Below are positions 36,642-44,489 of a stretch of 44,489 bases of DNA, one piece after another. The stretch is from Dehalococcoidia bacterium. Lineage in GTDB: Bacteria > Chloroflexota > Dehalococcoidia > GIF9 > AB-539-J10. The notes beneath the pieces were generated by a model that saw only the letters and a list, made by a program, of their open reading frames with translations, ran no database searches and had not been told where the DNA came from. The stretch is from the NCBI GenBank assembly GCA_003567655.1, contig PWZA01000008.1, positions 1 to 44,489 on the forward strand. The letters run 5' to 3'. Positions within the stretch are counted from its first letter, which is position 1. The number at the start of each line of letters is the position of its first letter. The translations under genes and the position numbers were made by a program.

Positions 36642-37940
36642 ATGCAGCGCAGAACAACCCAACCACGCCTCGTCCAGGCAATGATGGACATATGGACGCT
36701 GCCTGATCTGCGGCGGAAGATCCTCTTCACTTTGGGCATATTGGCAGTTTTTCGCTTTCTGGCTCACGTCCCTCTGCCCGGAGTGGATCTGGTGGCCCTG
36801 CGAGAATTCTTTGGCGAGAATCTCATCTTCGGCATGATCGACCTGTTTAGCGGCGGGGCTATGTCGAGCTTCAGCATCGTTGCTACCGGTATATACCCAT
36901 ATATCACCTCCTCCATCATAATGCAGTTGCTCGTCCCGGTCATTCCGAGACTACAGGCAATATCCCAGGAGGGGGACATCGGCCGACAGAAGATCAACCG
37001 CATTACCCACATGCTGACCGTACCATTGGCCGCTCTTCAAGGATACGGCATGCTTACGTTACTGCGCGTTCAGGGTGTTACTATCGAGCCTATCGGCCAC
37101 CTGACCACGGCTAGCATAATTGCTACTATGGTCGCCGGTACAATGTTCCTGGTATGGCTGGGCGAGTTGATCACCGAACGTGGTATCGGGAACGGGATAT
37201 CGATTATCATCTTCGGCGGCATAGTAGCCAGCCTGCCGGAGATGATCGGCCGCGCCTTTATAGCGGCCCGGGATCCTGAGGGATTGACTGTCTTCCTCAT
37301 CCTCAGTGCAGCGACTCTGGTACTCATAGTCGTCTTTGTCGAAGCCCATCGTCGCATTCCCGTCCAGTATGCCAGAAGCACTTTTCGAGGCGGGCGAATG
37401 TACCGCCAGTCAGGAGCTACTTACATACCGTTGCGAGTCAACACCGCGGGTATGATACCTATTATCTTCGCCCTGGCCATGATGCAGTTTCCCGCCACCA
37501 TCGCTAGCTTTGCAGGGGGAGCCGGAGATACAGGTTTCTGGGCTACTTTTTTCAGATATTTCCAGCCTGAAAATCCGCTCTACCAGGTAGTTTACTTCGC
37601 CTTAGTAGTTGGTTTTGCCTTTTTCTACACCTTGACAATATTCGAGCAGATGAACCTGGCTCAAACCCTACAACAGCAGAGCGGCTTCATCCCCGGGGTC
37701 CGACCGGGCAAAACAACAGCTGATTATCTGAACAAAGTGATAAAGCGTATTACCTTCGGTGGCGCCTTCTTCCTCGCTACAGTGGCGATATTGCCCTTCG
37801 TTGTCGGAGCAATCGCCAGGGTTGAAGTGCTGGTACTCCAGAGCACAGCGCTGCTTATAGCGGTTGGTGTGTCTTTGGATACCATGAAGCAACTGGAGTC
37901 TCAACTGACTATGCGTCGCTACGAGGGTTTCCTGAAGTAA
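36642..37940 (+). CDS. secY: Preprotein translocase subunit SecY
   Basis: GIYPYITSSIIMQL, GIGNGIS and FIPGVRPG. Confidence 0.98.
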   Translation: MQRRTTQPRLVQAMMDIWTLPDLRRKILFTLGILAVFRFLAHVPLPGVDLVALREFFGENLIFGMIDLFSGGAMSSFSIVATGIYPYITSSIIMQLLVPVIPRLQAISQEGDIGRQKINRITHMLTVPLAALQGYGMLTLLRVQGVTIEPIGHLTTASIIATMVAGTMFLVWLGELITERGIGNGISIIIFGGIVASLPEMIGRAFIAARDPEGLTVFLILSAATLVLIVVFVEAHRRIPVQYARSTFRGGRMYRQSGATYIPLRVNTAGMIPIIFALAMMQFPATIASFAGGAGDTGFWATFFRYFQPENPLYQVVYFALVVGFAFFYTLTIFEQMNLAQTLQQQSGFIPGVRPGKTTADYLNKVIKRITFGGAFFLATVAILPFVVGAIARVEVLVLQSTALLIAVGVSLDTMKQLESQLTMRRYEGFLK

Positions 37941-38596
37941 TGTATATCATCATACTAGGAGCCCCCGGGGCAGGAAAGGGCACCCAGGCAGACATTCTCT
38001 CCCAAGAGACCGGTTTACCCCGCATAGCTCCAGGAGATCTTTTTCGTCAGGCATTAGAGCGAGGAACCGAGTCCGGCCTGGCTGCCAAGCGCTATATGGA
38101 CGCGGGAGTACTGGTTCCCGATGAGATAGCCACGGAGATGATCCTGGAGAGAATCGCAGAGCCTGACTGCTCCTCTGGATGCCTTCTGGATGGCTTCCCC
38201 CGTACTCTTCATCAGGCTCGAGCCCTTGACCAAGCCCTTGAAGAACGAGGGGAAAGCATAGATAAGGCCGTCTACATAGAAGTGCCAAGCGAGGATCTGG
38301 CGAAGCGCCTCACCGGCAGGTGGCTCTGCCGTTCCTGTCAGACTCCATACCACGAAGCTAGCTTCCCGCCCAAAACGCCAGGCAAATGTGATAAATGCGG
38401 TGGTGCACTCTATCAACGCTCTGATGACAGGGAGGAGACAGTGCGGGGTCGGCTGAGTGTCTTCTTCGCCCAGACCGCTCCTGTCATTGACTACTACGAG
38501 CAACAGCACAAGTTGCTCAGGGTTAACGGGAGACTGAGCATACATGAGGTGACGGCTGAGATGATGTCGGCGCTCAAGCAGCCGATGTCATCCTGA
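37940..38596 (+). CDS. adk: Adenylate kinase (Zn-LID type)
   Basis: GAPGAGKGTQA, LDGFPRT and CRSC...CDKC. Confidence 0.97.
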   Translation: MYIIILGAPGAGKGTQADILSQETGLPRIAPGDLFRQALERGTESGLAAKRYMDAGVLVPDEIATEMILERIAEPDCSSGCLLDGFPRTLHQARALDQALEERGESIDKAVYIEVPSEDLAKRLTGRWLCRSCQTPYHEASFPPKTPGKCDKCGGALYQRSDDREETVRGRLSVFFAQTAPVIDYYEQQHKLLRVNGRLSIHEVTAEMMSALKQPMSS

Positions 38597-38651
38597 TAGA
38601 AGAGGATGGACCTCTTGCTAACGACGTTTGAAGCAAACAGGCATAGGATAC

Positions 38652-39389
38652 GTGATAGTTATAAAATCTGCTGAGGAACTGGTCATCATGCGAAAAGGCG
38701 GGAAGATTCTAGCCGGTATCCTGGACAGACTGAGAAACGAAGTCAGGCCCGGGATTGTTACCGGTCGATTGGATGCAATGGTAGCCGAAGAGGCTGATAA
38801 GCGGGGGGTAGTCCCTTCTTTCAAGAACTATCATGGCTTTCCGGCGACGCTTTGTGTTTCGGTGAACGATGAGATAGTGCATGGCATACCCGGCGACAGG
38901 ATGTTGGAGGAAGGCGACATCGTTTCTCTGGATGTGGGGGTGAGACTGGACGGACTCCATACTGATGCCGCCATTACCATCGGCGTGGGACGGATAAGTA
39001 GTGATGCGGCGGAACTGATCTCGACCACAGAAGAAAGCCTGAAGGCAGGTATCGCTCAGGCTAGAAACGGGGCATATATAGGAGACATCTCATCCGCAAT
39101 CCAGAAACACGTTGAATCAAGAGGGTTCTTTGTAGTGAGGGAGTATACCGGACACGGAGTCGGTCGCGATCTTCATGAAGATCCGCAGGTGCCCAATTTC
39201 GCAGTGGGCAAGAGCCTTATACTCCGTTCAGGTATGACTCTGGCCATTGAGCCCATGGTTAATATGGGTGACTGGCACACTAAAGTGGGGGCCAACAACT
39301 GGACAGTGCTTACCGCCGATGGTAGTCTTTCAGCGCATTTTGAGCACACAATTGCTATAGCCGATGATGGGGCTGAGATACTTGTGTAG
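38652..39389 (+). CDS. map: Methionine aminopeptidase type I
   Basis: [21 protein letters not shown] and SAHFEHT; probable GTG start at 38652. Confidence 0.96.
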   Translation: MIVIKSAEELVIMRKGGKILAGILDRLRNEVRPGIVTGRLDAMVAEEADKRGVVPSFKNYHGFPATLCVSVNDEIVHGIPGDRMLEEGDIVSLDVGVRLDGLHTDAAITIGVGRISSDAAELISTTEESLKAGIAQARNGAYIGDISSAIQKHVESRGFFVVREYTGHGVGRDLHEDPQVPNFAVGKSLILRSGMTLAIEPMVNMGDWHTKVGANNWTVLTADGSLSAHFEHTIAIADDGAEILV

Positions 39390-39403
39390 GCTCAGGTAGA
39401 AGA

Positions 39404-39622
39404 ATGGCCAAGAAGGAACGCATAGAGGTTGAAGGCAAAGTCACTACTGTGCTGCCTAATACGATGTTCCGCGTCGAGTTGGCCAACGGACATCAGGTAT
39501 TGGCACATATCTCGGGCAAGATGAGAAAGCACTATATCAAGATCTTGCCAGGCGATAGGGTTTTGGTTGAACTCTCCCCCTACGATCTAAGCCGGGGCAG
39601 AGTGACTTATCGACTCAAGTAG
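39404..39622 (+). CDS. infA: Translation initiation factor IF-1
   Basis: LAHISGKMR and ELSPYDL. Confidence 0.98.
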   Translation: MAKKERIEVEGKVTTVLPNTMFRVELANGHQVLAHISGKMRKHYIKILPGDRVLVELSPYDLSRGRVTYRLK

Positions 39623-39623
39623 T

Positions 39624-39652
39624 TTGACAGGTTGCCTGAGAAGGTTTATCAT
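39624..39652 (+). promoter_or_regulatory. Internal promoter for rpmJ and the alpha operon
   Basis: TTGACA-N17-TATCAT. Confidence 0.7.
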
Positions 39653-39683
39653 ATCAGGGTTTGTCTATGTGCGGTGAAGGAAG

Positions 39684-39797
39684 ATGAAAGTACGAGCTTC
39701 GGTAAAGCCGATATGCAGGAAATGCAAGGTCGTCAGGCGAGACGGTGTGGTCCGGGTTATATGTGAGAATCCGAAGCATAAACAGAGACAGGGATAG
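39684..39797 (+). CDS. rpmJ: 50S protein L36 (Zn-binding type)
   Basis: [37 protein letters not shown] read from the sequence; below the ORF-track cutoff. Confidence 0.97.
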   Translation: MKVRASVKPICRKCKVVRRDGVVRVICENPKHKQRQG

Positions 39798-39919
39798 CAT
39801 AGATGATCCTGAGCATTACAATAGAGACTCTGAACGCATGGCCCGGCCGGAGCCTTTGCGGCCTGGAACTGGAATGTGTTGGGCAATGGAGCTTAGACTC
39901 CGGTGTTAAAGGATAGAGA

Positions 39920-40309
39920 ATGGCGCGTATTTCTGGTGTAGATCTTCCTAAGGACAGGCCGGTTGGGGTAGCACTCCAGCGTATCTATGGTATCGGGGAT
40001 ACGTCAAGCCAGCGCATCCTCGCTGCCTGTGACGTCGACCCCGGTGTTCGAGTTAAGGATCTCAGTGAAGAGCAGGCGGCCCGAATCCGAGAAGCCGTCG
40101 ACAAGCAATACAAGGTGGAAGGCGATCTAAGGAGAGAGGTTCAGTCTGACATAAAGAGACTCATTGAGATCAGCTGCATCCGGGGCTTAAGACACCGCAT
40201 GAAGCTACCGGTTCACGGTCAACGAACACGTACAAATGCGCGAACCAAGAGGGGTCCAAGAAAGACAGTAGCCGGTCGGGGTCAGCGGCGCGGTATAGCT
40301 AAGAAGTAA
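39920..40309 (+). CDS. rpsM: 30S protein S13
   Basis: [10 protein letters not shown] and [10 protein letters not shown]. Confidence 0.98.
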   Translation: MARISGVDLPKDRPVGVALQRIYGIGDTSSQRILAACDVDPGVRVKDLSEEQAARIREAVDKQYKVEGDLRREVQSDIKRLIEISCIRGLRHRMKLPVHGQRTRTNARTKRGPRKTVAGRGQRRGIAKK

Positions 40310-40327
40310 GGAGCACGTTATCACATA

Positions 40328-40711
40328 ATGCCTAAGAAGAAGAGGGTTCGTAAGTCCCAGAGGAAGGTCAGCGAAGGAAAAGCTTATATCCAGTCCACCT
40401 TCAACAATACCAGTATTGCTATCACCGATATGCAGGGAAACGTGATTGCCTGGGGTAGTTCGGGTAGCGCAGGATTTAAGGGCTCCAGGAAAGGAACTGC
40501 CTACGCTGCTCAGCTAGCGGCCAGAGATGCAGCACATCGAGCAGTGGGAAACGGTATGCGCCGGGTAGAGGTGTTCGTCAAGGGCCCTGGCAGCGGGCGC
40601 GAGGCTGCGATCCGCGCATTACAGGTCTCCGGGATTACCGTGGCCGCCATCAGAGACGTGACACCCATTCCCCATAACGGCTGTCGACCAAGAGGTAGGA
40701 GACGGGTTTAG
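40328..40711 (+). CDS. rpsK: 30S protein S11
   Basis: STFNNT and [12 protein letters not shown]. Confidence 0.98.
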   Translation: MPKKKRVRKSQRKVSEGKAYIQSTFNNTSIAITDMQGNVIAWGSSGSAGFKGSRKGTAYAAQLAARDAAHRAVGNGMRRVEVFVKGPGSGREAAIRALQVSGITVAAIRDVTPIPHNGCRPRGRRRV

Positions 40712-40712
40712 G

Positions 40713-41345
40713 ATGGCACGTTACACAGGCCCCGTCTGTCGTCTATGTCGTCGCTTTGGTGAGAAGCTGATGCTGAAGGGCGAAAGGTGCCCCAGCGCCA
40801 AATGCCCCCTGGAAAAGAGGACCACTCCTCCTGGCGGGCGGTCTCAGCGTAGAGGTCGTAATGTCATCTCGGATCGTGGGCTCCAGCTGAGGGAGAAGCA
40901 GAAGGTCCGCTTCAGCTATGGTGTTCTTGAGCGACAGTTCCGCAGGTTCTTCGCAGAGGCAAAGAAGGGGCCAGGCACATCAGGAGAGAACCTTCTCATC
41001 TTACTGGAGAGGAGACTCGATAATACGGTTTACCGCCTAGGATTTGCCGACTCCCGTGCCCAGGCCAGACAGATAGTGCGACACGGCCATATGATTGTCA
41101 ACGGTCGAAAGACGGATATCCCTTCGTTTCTGGTCAAAGCTGGGGATACAATATGTTGGCGCGACACCAGTAAAAAGAACGAGTACTACAAGAGGATCGC
41201 CGAGGAGATCGAGGAAAGAACCATACCCAATTGGTTGAGCCTGGACAAGGAGAAAATGACAGGCAGGGTGGCGAGCCTCCCGACCAGGGATGACATTGAA
41301 GCGGGATTCAACGAAAAAGCTGTCGTTGAATTCTACGCGAGGTAA
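40713..41345 (+). CDS. rpsD: 30S protein S4 (Zn-binding type)
   Basis: CRLCRR...C...C, QLREKQK and LERRLDN. Confidence 0.98.
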   Translation: MARYTGPVCRLCRRFGEKLMLKGERCPSAKCPLEKRTTPPGGRSQRRGRNVISDRGLQLREKQKVRFSYGVLERQFRRFFAEAKKGPGTSGENLLILLERRLDNTVYRLGFADSRAQARQIVRHGHMIVNGRKTDIPSFLVKAGDTICWRDTSKKNEYYKRIAEEIEERTIPNWLSLDKEKMTGRVASLPTRDDIEAGFNEKAVVEFYAR

Positions 41346-41348
41346 ACT

Positions 41349-42269
41349 ATGTCCGGATTATCTATCCCCACGGTGACATGCGTTGAAGGCAGCAGGAATT
41401 ACGGCCGGTTCGTGGCTGAGCCTCTTGAGCAGGGGTTTGGCACTACATTAGGCAATACCTTGCGACGCGTTCTTCTCAGTTCGCTGCCCGGTGCCGCGAT
41501 AACATGGGTCAAGATAGACGGCATTCAGCATGAATTCTCTCCCATCCCCTATGTGAAAGAGGATGCCATGGAGTTCCTGATGAATGTCAAGCAGATAAGA
41601 CTCAGCCCTCTTTCACACCAGTCCGGGCAGTTGACCATGGAGGCTGCAGGGGAGGGCAGTGTCTGTGCTGGTGATATTAAGCCATCCGCAGACTTTCGCA
41701 TTGTCAATCCTGAACTCTGCTTGCTTACTCTTGATTCCGATAAGGCCAGTCTCTACATCGAGCTTAACGTGGAGTTGGGAAAAGGCTATGTGCCAGCCAG
41801 GTCGACCGATGGTCTTCCGGCAGGGGCTCTGACAATAGACGCCATATTCACACCGGTTCGCAAGGTCAACTTCACCGTAGAGTCTATTAGGCCGGGCCAA
41901 GAAGAGAGCAAGGAGAGGCTGATCCTGGAGATCTGGACCGACGCTACTATTCCTCCCTGGGAGGCGCTCAGCCAGAGTGCTGGCATCTTGATCAACCAGT
42001 TCGGTTCCTTCAAGGATTTTGAGGTTCCGATGGCCAGAGAGTTGTCGGTCATGCCCGAGCAATATGATACTCCACTGGAGGAACTGAGCTTATCGACCAG
42101 GTCTTACAACAGTTTGAAGAGAGCGGGTATCGTCACGCTGGGCCAGTTGATGGAGAAAGGCAAAGATGGTTTGCCACCATTGCCCGGATTGGGGGCGAAA
42201 TCCCGGGCGGAAGTCGAGGAGTTGATGGCAAGACTAGGTTCTCCTCCAGTTCAGAACAAAGTAGAATGA
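41349..42269 (+). CDS. rpoA: RNA polymerase alpha subunit
   Basis: [30 protein letters not shown] and [13 protein letters not shown]. Confidence 0.97.
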   Translation: MSGLSIPTVTCVEGSRNYGRFVAEPLEQGFGTTLGNTLRRVLLSSLPGAAITWVKIDGIQHEFSPIPYVKEDAMEFLMNVKQIRLSPLSHQSGQLTMEAAGEGSVCAGDIKPSADFRIVNPELCLLTLDSDKASLYIELNVELGKGYVPARSTDGLPAGALTIDAIFTPVRKVNFTVESIRPGQEESKERLILEIWTDATIPPWEALSQSAGILINQFGSFKDFEVPMARELSVMPEQYDTPLEELSLSTRSYNSLKRAGIVTLGQLMEKGKDGLPPLPGLGAKSRAEVEELMARLGSPPVQNKVE

Positions 42270-42619
42270 GACACAAGTTATCGGGACGGACATTGGGCAG
42301 ATCCACGGAGCACAGGCGGGCGTTATACCGCAATCAGGTGACGGCCCTGCTGCATCACGAGAAGATTTCCACCACCGAAGCGAAGGCCAAAGAGGTTCGG
42401 AGTCTAGCAGAGAAGATGATCACTCTGGGTAAGGACGGAAGCTTGGCCTCAAGACGGGAGGCTCTTACCTTTATCACCGATAAGAAGGTGGTTGAAAAGC
42501 TGTTTACTGAGATCGCTACGAGCTATGCTGATCGCAGCGGAGGCTATACAAGACTATTAAAGCTGGGGCCTCGCCCCGGAGATAATGCGCCTATGGTTCA
42601 AATTGAACTGGTTAAGTAA
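42266..42619 (+). CDS. rplQ: 50S protein L17
   Basis: [11 protein letters not shown] and RSGGYTR. Confidence 0.98.
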   Translation: MRHKLSGRTLGRSTEHRRALYRNQVTALLHHEKISTTEAKAKEVRSLAEKMITLGKDGSLASRREALTFITDKKVVEKLFTEIATSYADRSGGYTRLLKLGPRPGDNAPMVQIELVK

Positions 42620-43364
42620 GTTCATCCTGCTTCTGGAGTATGACGGCACTCAATATCACGGCTTTCAGTGGCAATACGGCCTGCCTACGATCCAAGATGA
42701 GCTGGAACAAGCTATAAGGCGGTTTTGCGGGCAGCACGGCCGAGTTATGGCAGCGAGTAGGACCGATGCCGGTGCGCATGCCAAGGGCCAAGTGGCAAGT
42801 TTCTGGGCAGAGTCCAGATTGGACACCATGACGATAGTCAGAGCATTGAATCACTATTTACCTGAGGATATCGCAGTCAAGGCGGCTTACAGGGCCAGCG
42901 ACGATTTCAGCGTACGTCGCGATGCGGTAAGCAGAGAATACCATTATCGTATTCTAAACAGCACAGTGCGATCGCCGTTTAGCCGGAGATTTGCCCTGTT
43001 CATGCCGGGAATGCTGGATATAGACGTAATGAACCAGGCCTGTCAGCTTATGCTAGGCGACCATGATTTTGCTTCCTTTGCCAGTGCCCTGGATGAAGAC
43101 AAGAGCACGTTTCGCAGTGTTCATGAAGCGGAGGTCAAGAGGGAAGGGCACTTCGTCATTTTCCGTATCGTTGCCAACTCCTTTTTGCCTCATCAGATAC
43201 GTAGCACCATAGGTCTACTGAGCAGGTTAGGACGAGGCAAGATGGGCCTTCAGGGTTTTCGTGATATAATGGAGGCGAAGAGTCCGGGTTTGGCTGGCCC
43301 CGTCTCACCGGCATGTGGGTTATGTCTTATGAGTGTCAGCTACCCCGAACCTTTGGGAATCTAA
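42585..43364 (+). CDS. truA: tRNA pseudouridine(38-40) synthase
   Basis: [21 protein letters not shown] and HDFASF; start uncertain (ATG 42585 or TTG 42603). Confidence 0.93.
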   Translation: MRLWFKLNWLSKFILLLEYDGTQYHGFQWQYGLPTIQDELEQAIRRFCGQHGRVMAASRTDAGAHAKGQVASFWAESRLDTMTIVRALNHYLPEDIAVKAAYRASDDFSVRRDAVSREYHYRILNSTVRSPFSRRFALFMPGMLDIDVMNQACQLMLGDHDFASFASALDEDKSTFRSVHEAEVKREGHFVIFRIVANSFLPHQIRSTIGLLSRLGRGKMGLQGFRDIMEAKSPGLAGPVSPACGLCLMSVSYPEPLGI

Positions 43365-43366
43365 GA

Positions 43367-43894
43367 ATGAAGACTTATAGTCCTAGAGCTAAAGATATAA
43401 GCCGAGACTGGTGGGTGATTGATGCCACTGATATGACCCTGGGCCGGATGGCGGCGCATGCAGCCCGCCTGCTGATGGGAAAGCACAAGCCAATATATGC
43501 CCGTCACATTGATACAGGTGACTACGTTGTGATAATCAATGCCGCCAGAGTCAGGGTGACCGGCAGAAAAACGGAACAGAAGATCTACTATAGACACACC
43601 GGATATCCGGGCGGCTTGAAGAGCCCCAGCTTCGGCGAACTATTCCGCAAGAACCCGACCCGTGTTGTCGAAATGGCTGTTAAAGGCATGTTGCCTCATA
43701 ACAGTCTGGGCAGGGCCATGTATAAGAAGCTAAAGGTTTATCCTGGAGATGAGCACCCTCACAGGGCTCAGACCTCAGCCGGCAGTGGCAACAACGAACT
43801 GTTATCTAAACGTGAAGAAAGAGGACAATCCCGCTGTGCTGAGGATGTCTCTGCCGACAGCGGAGTGTTACAGGGGAAAGGTGATACGAAATGA
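43367..43894 (+). CDS. rplM: 50S protein L13 with C-terminal extension
   Basis: LMGKHKP, DTGDYV and HTGYPGGLK; start ATG 43367. Confidence 0.97.
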   Translation: MKTYSPRAKDISRDWWVIDATDMTLGRMAAHAARLLMGKHKPIYARHIDTGDYVVIINAARVRVTGRKTEQKIYYRHTGYPGGLKSPSFGELFRKNPTRVVEMAVKGMLPHNSLGRAMYKKLKVYPGDEHPHRAQTSAGSGNNELLSKREERGQSRCAEDVSADSGVLQGKGDTK

Positions 43895-44286
43895 GCGAGG
43901 AAAGCTACATTTGGGGAACCGGTAAGCGCAAGTGTGCAATAGCCCAGGTAAAGCTACTGTCGGGCAAGGGTGAGATCATAGTCAACGACAAGCCATATCA
44001 GGAAGCTTTCTCGAGGCTTGACCACCGCCGCAAAATTGAGCAGCCTTTTCTGTCCACCGACACCATGGGCAGGTTCCGCGTCACCGTGAAGGTGAACGGA
44101 GGCGGTGTCAGCAGTCAGGCGGAAGCGATTCGCCACGGTATTGCTCGAGCCCTCGCCAAAGAGAACGAGCTTTTTAAGCCGATGTTGCGGAAGGAAGGCT
44201 TGCTCACTCGTGACGCCAGGATCAAAGAACGTAAGAAGTACGGTCTCAAGAGAGCTCGGAAGGCACCGCAGTACACGAAGCGCTAG
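43891..44286 (+). CDS. rpsI: 30S protein S9
   Basis: GTGKRK and [20 protein letters not shown]. Confidence 0.98.
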   Translation: MSEESYIWGTGKRKCAIAQVKLLSGKGEIIVNDKPYQEAFSRLDHRRKIEQPFLSTDTMGRFRVTVKVNGGGVSSQAEAIRHGIARALAKENELFKPMLRKEGLLTRDARIKERKKYGLKRARKAPQYTKR

Positions 44287-44329
44287 TCGACTCATCCGGA
44301 TGGAGATAGCAACTCCTGGCCTCCTGCCG

Positions 44330-44358
44330 TTGCCCCAGAGATCATAAATAGCTATAAT
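44330..44358 (+). promoter_or_regulatory. Promoter of the tRNA-Gln/tRNA-Glu operon
   Basis: TTGCCC-N17-TATAAT ending 10 nt before tRNA-Gln. Confidence 0.7.
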
Positions 44359-44368
44359 ATTGGTCTGA

Positions 44369-44439
44369 TGGGGATTAGTCTAGCGGTAGGACGACTGACT
44401 CTGGATCAGTTAGGCCAGGTTCGAATCCTGGATCCCCAG
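44369..44439 (+). tRNA. tRNA-Gln(CTG), CCA not encoded
   Basis: TGGGGAT...ACTGA-CTCTGGA-TCAGT...GTTCGAATCC...ATCCCCAG; U1-A72 pair. Confidence 0.95.
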
Positions 44440-44446
44440 CTAATGT

Positions 44447-44489
44447 GGCGCATTCGTCTAGAGGCCTAGGACACCTCCCTCTCAAGGAG
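44447..44489 (+). tRNA. tRNA-Glu(CTC), truncated by the window end
   Basis: GGCGCATTCGTCTAGAGGCCTAGGAC-A-CCTCC-CTCTCAA-GGAG; 3' half missing. Confidence 0.85.

Noticed and set aside
1-44489. CRISPR arrays, IS/phage genes, selenocysteine or frameshift recoding
   Set aside because: I saw no regularly spaced repeats, transposase/integrase motifs, or interrupted conserved genes.

Overview
A 44.5-kb chromosomal segment of a bacterium. Gene content, protein similarity and the fusA-rpsJ junction without tuf suggest an anaerobic Chloroflexota (Dehalococcoidia-like); this taxonomy is inference. Left half, minus strand: (1) a tandem glycine riboswitch heading gcvT-gcvH-gcvPA-gcvPB-lpdA-lipB-lipA; (2) an atypical type II fatty-acid synthesis operon (MaoC hot-dog dehydratase pair, divergent plsX, acp, fabL, divergent fabF, fabG) followed by a cysteine-rich U32-family gene; (3) tRNA-Gly(TCC) and a CAT-anticodon tRNA; (4) an acyl-CoA dehydrogenase with a split B12-dependent acyl-CoA mutase carrying isobutyryl-CoA-mutase-type residues. 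Plus strand: a K+-dependent membrane pyrophosphatase with a candidate Na+-riboswitch-like leader, an apparently leaderless uvrA, an HD protein and a convergent HAD phosphatase. These are followed by the str-S10-spc-alpha ribosomal supercluster through truA-rplM-rpsI, then tRNA-Gln and a truncated tRNA-Glu. Most notable observations: the U32 gene beside a remodelled-pocket FAS module next to the lipoate/glycine-cleavage genes; an E3 with an NADP-type fingerprint; a 31-aa bS22-like ORF, missed by the ORF track, between rplW and rplB; and absence of rpmD from its usual position. I saw no CRISPR, transposase, integrase, phage or rRNA genes. All calls are by eye; no searches were run.
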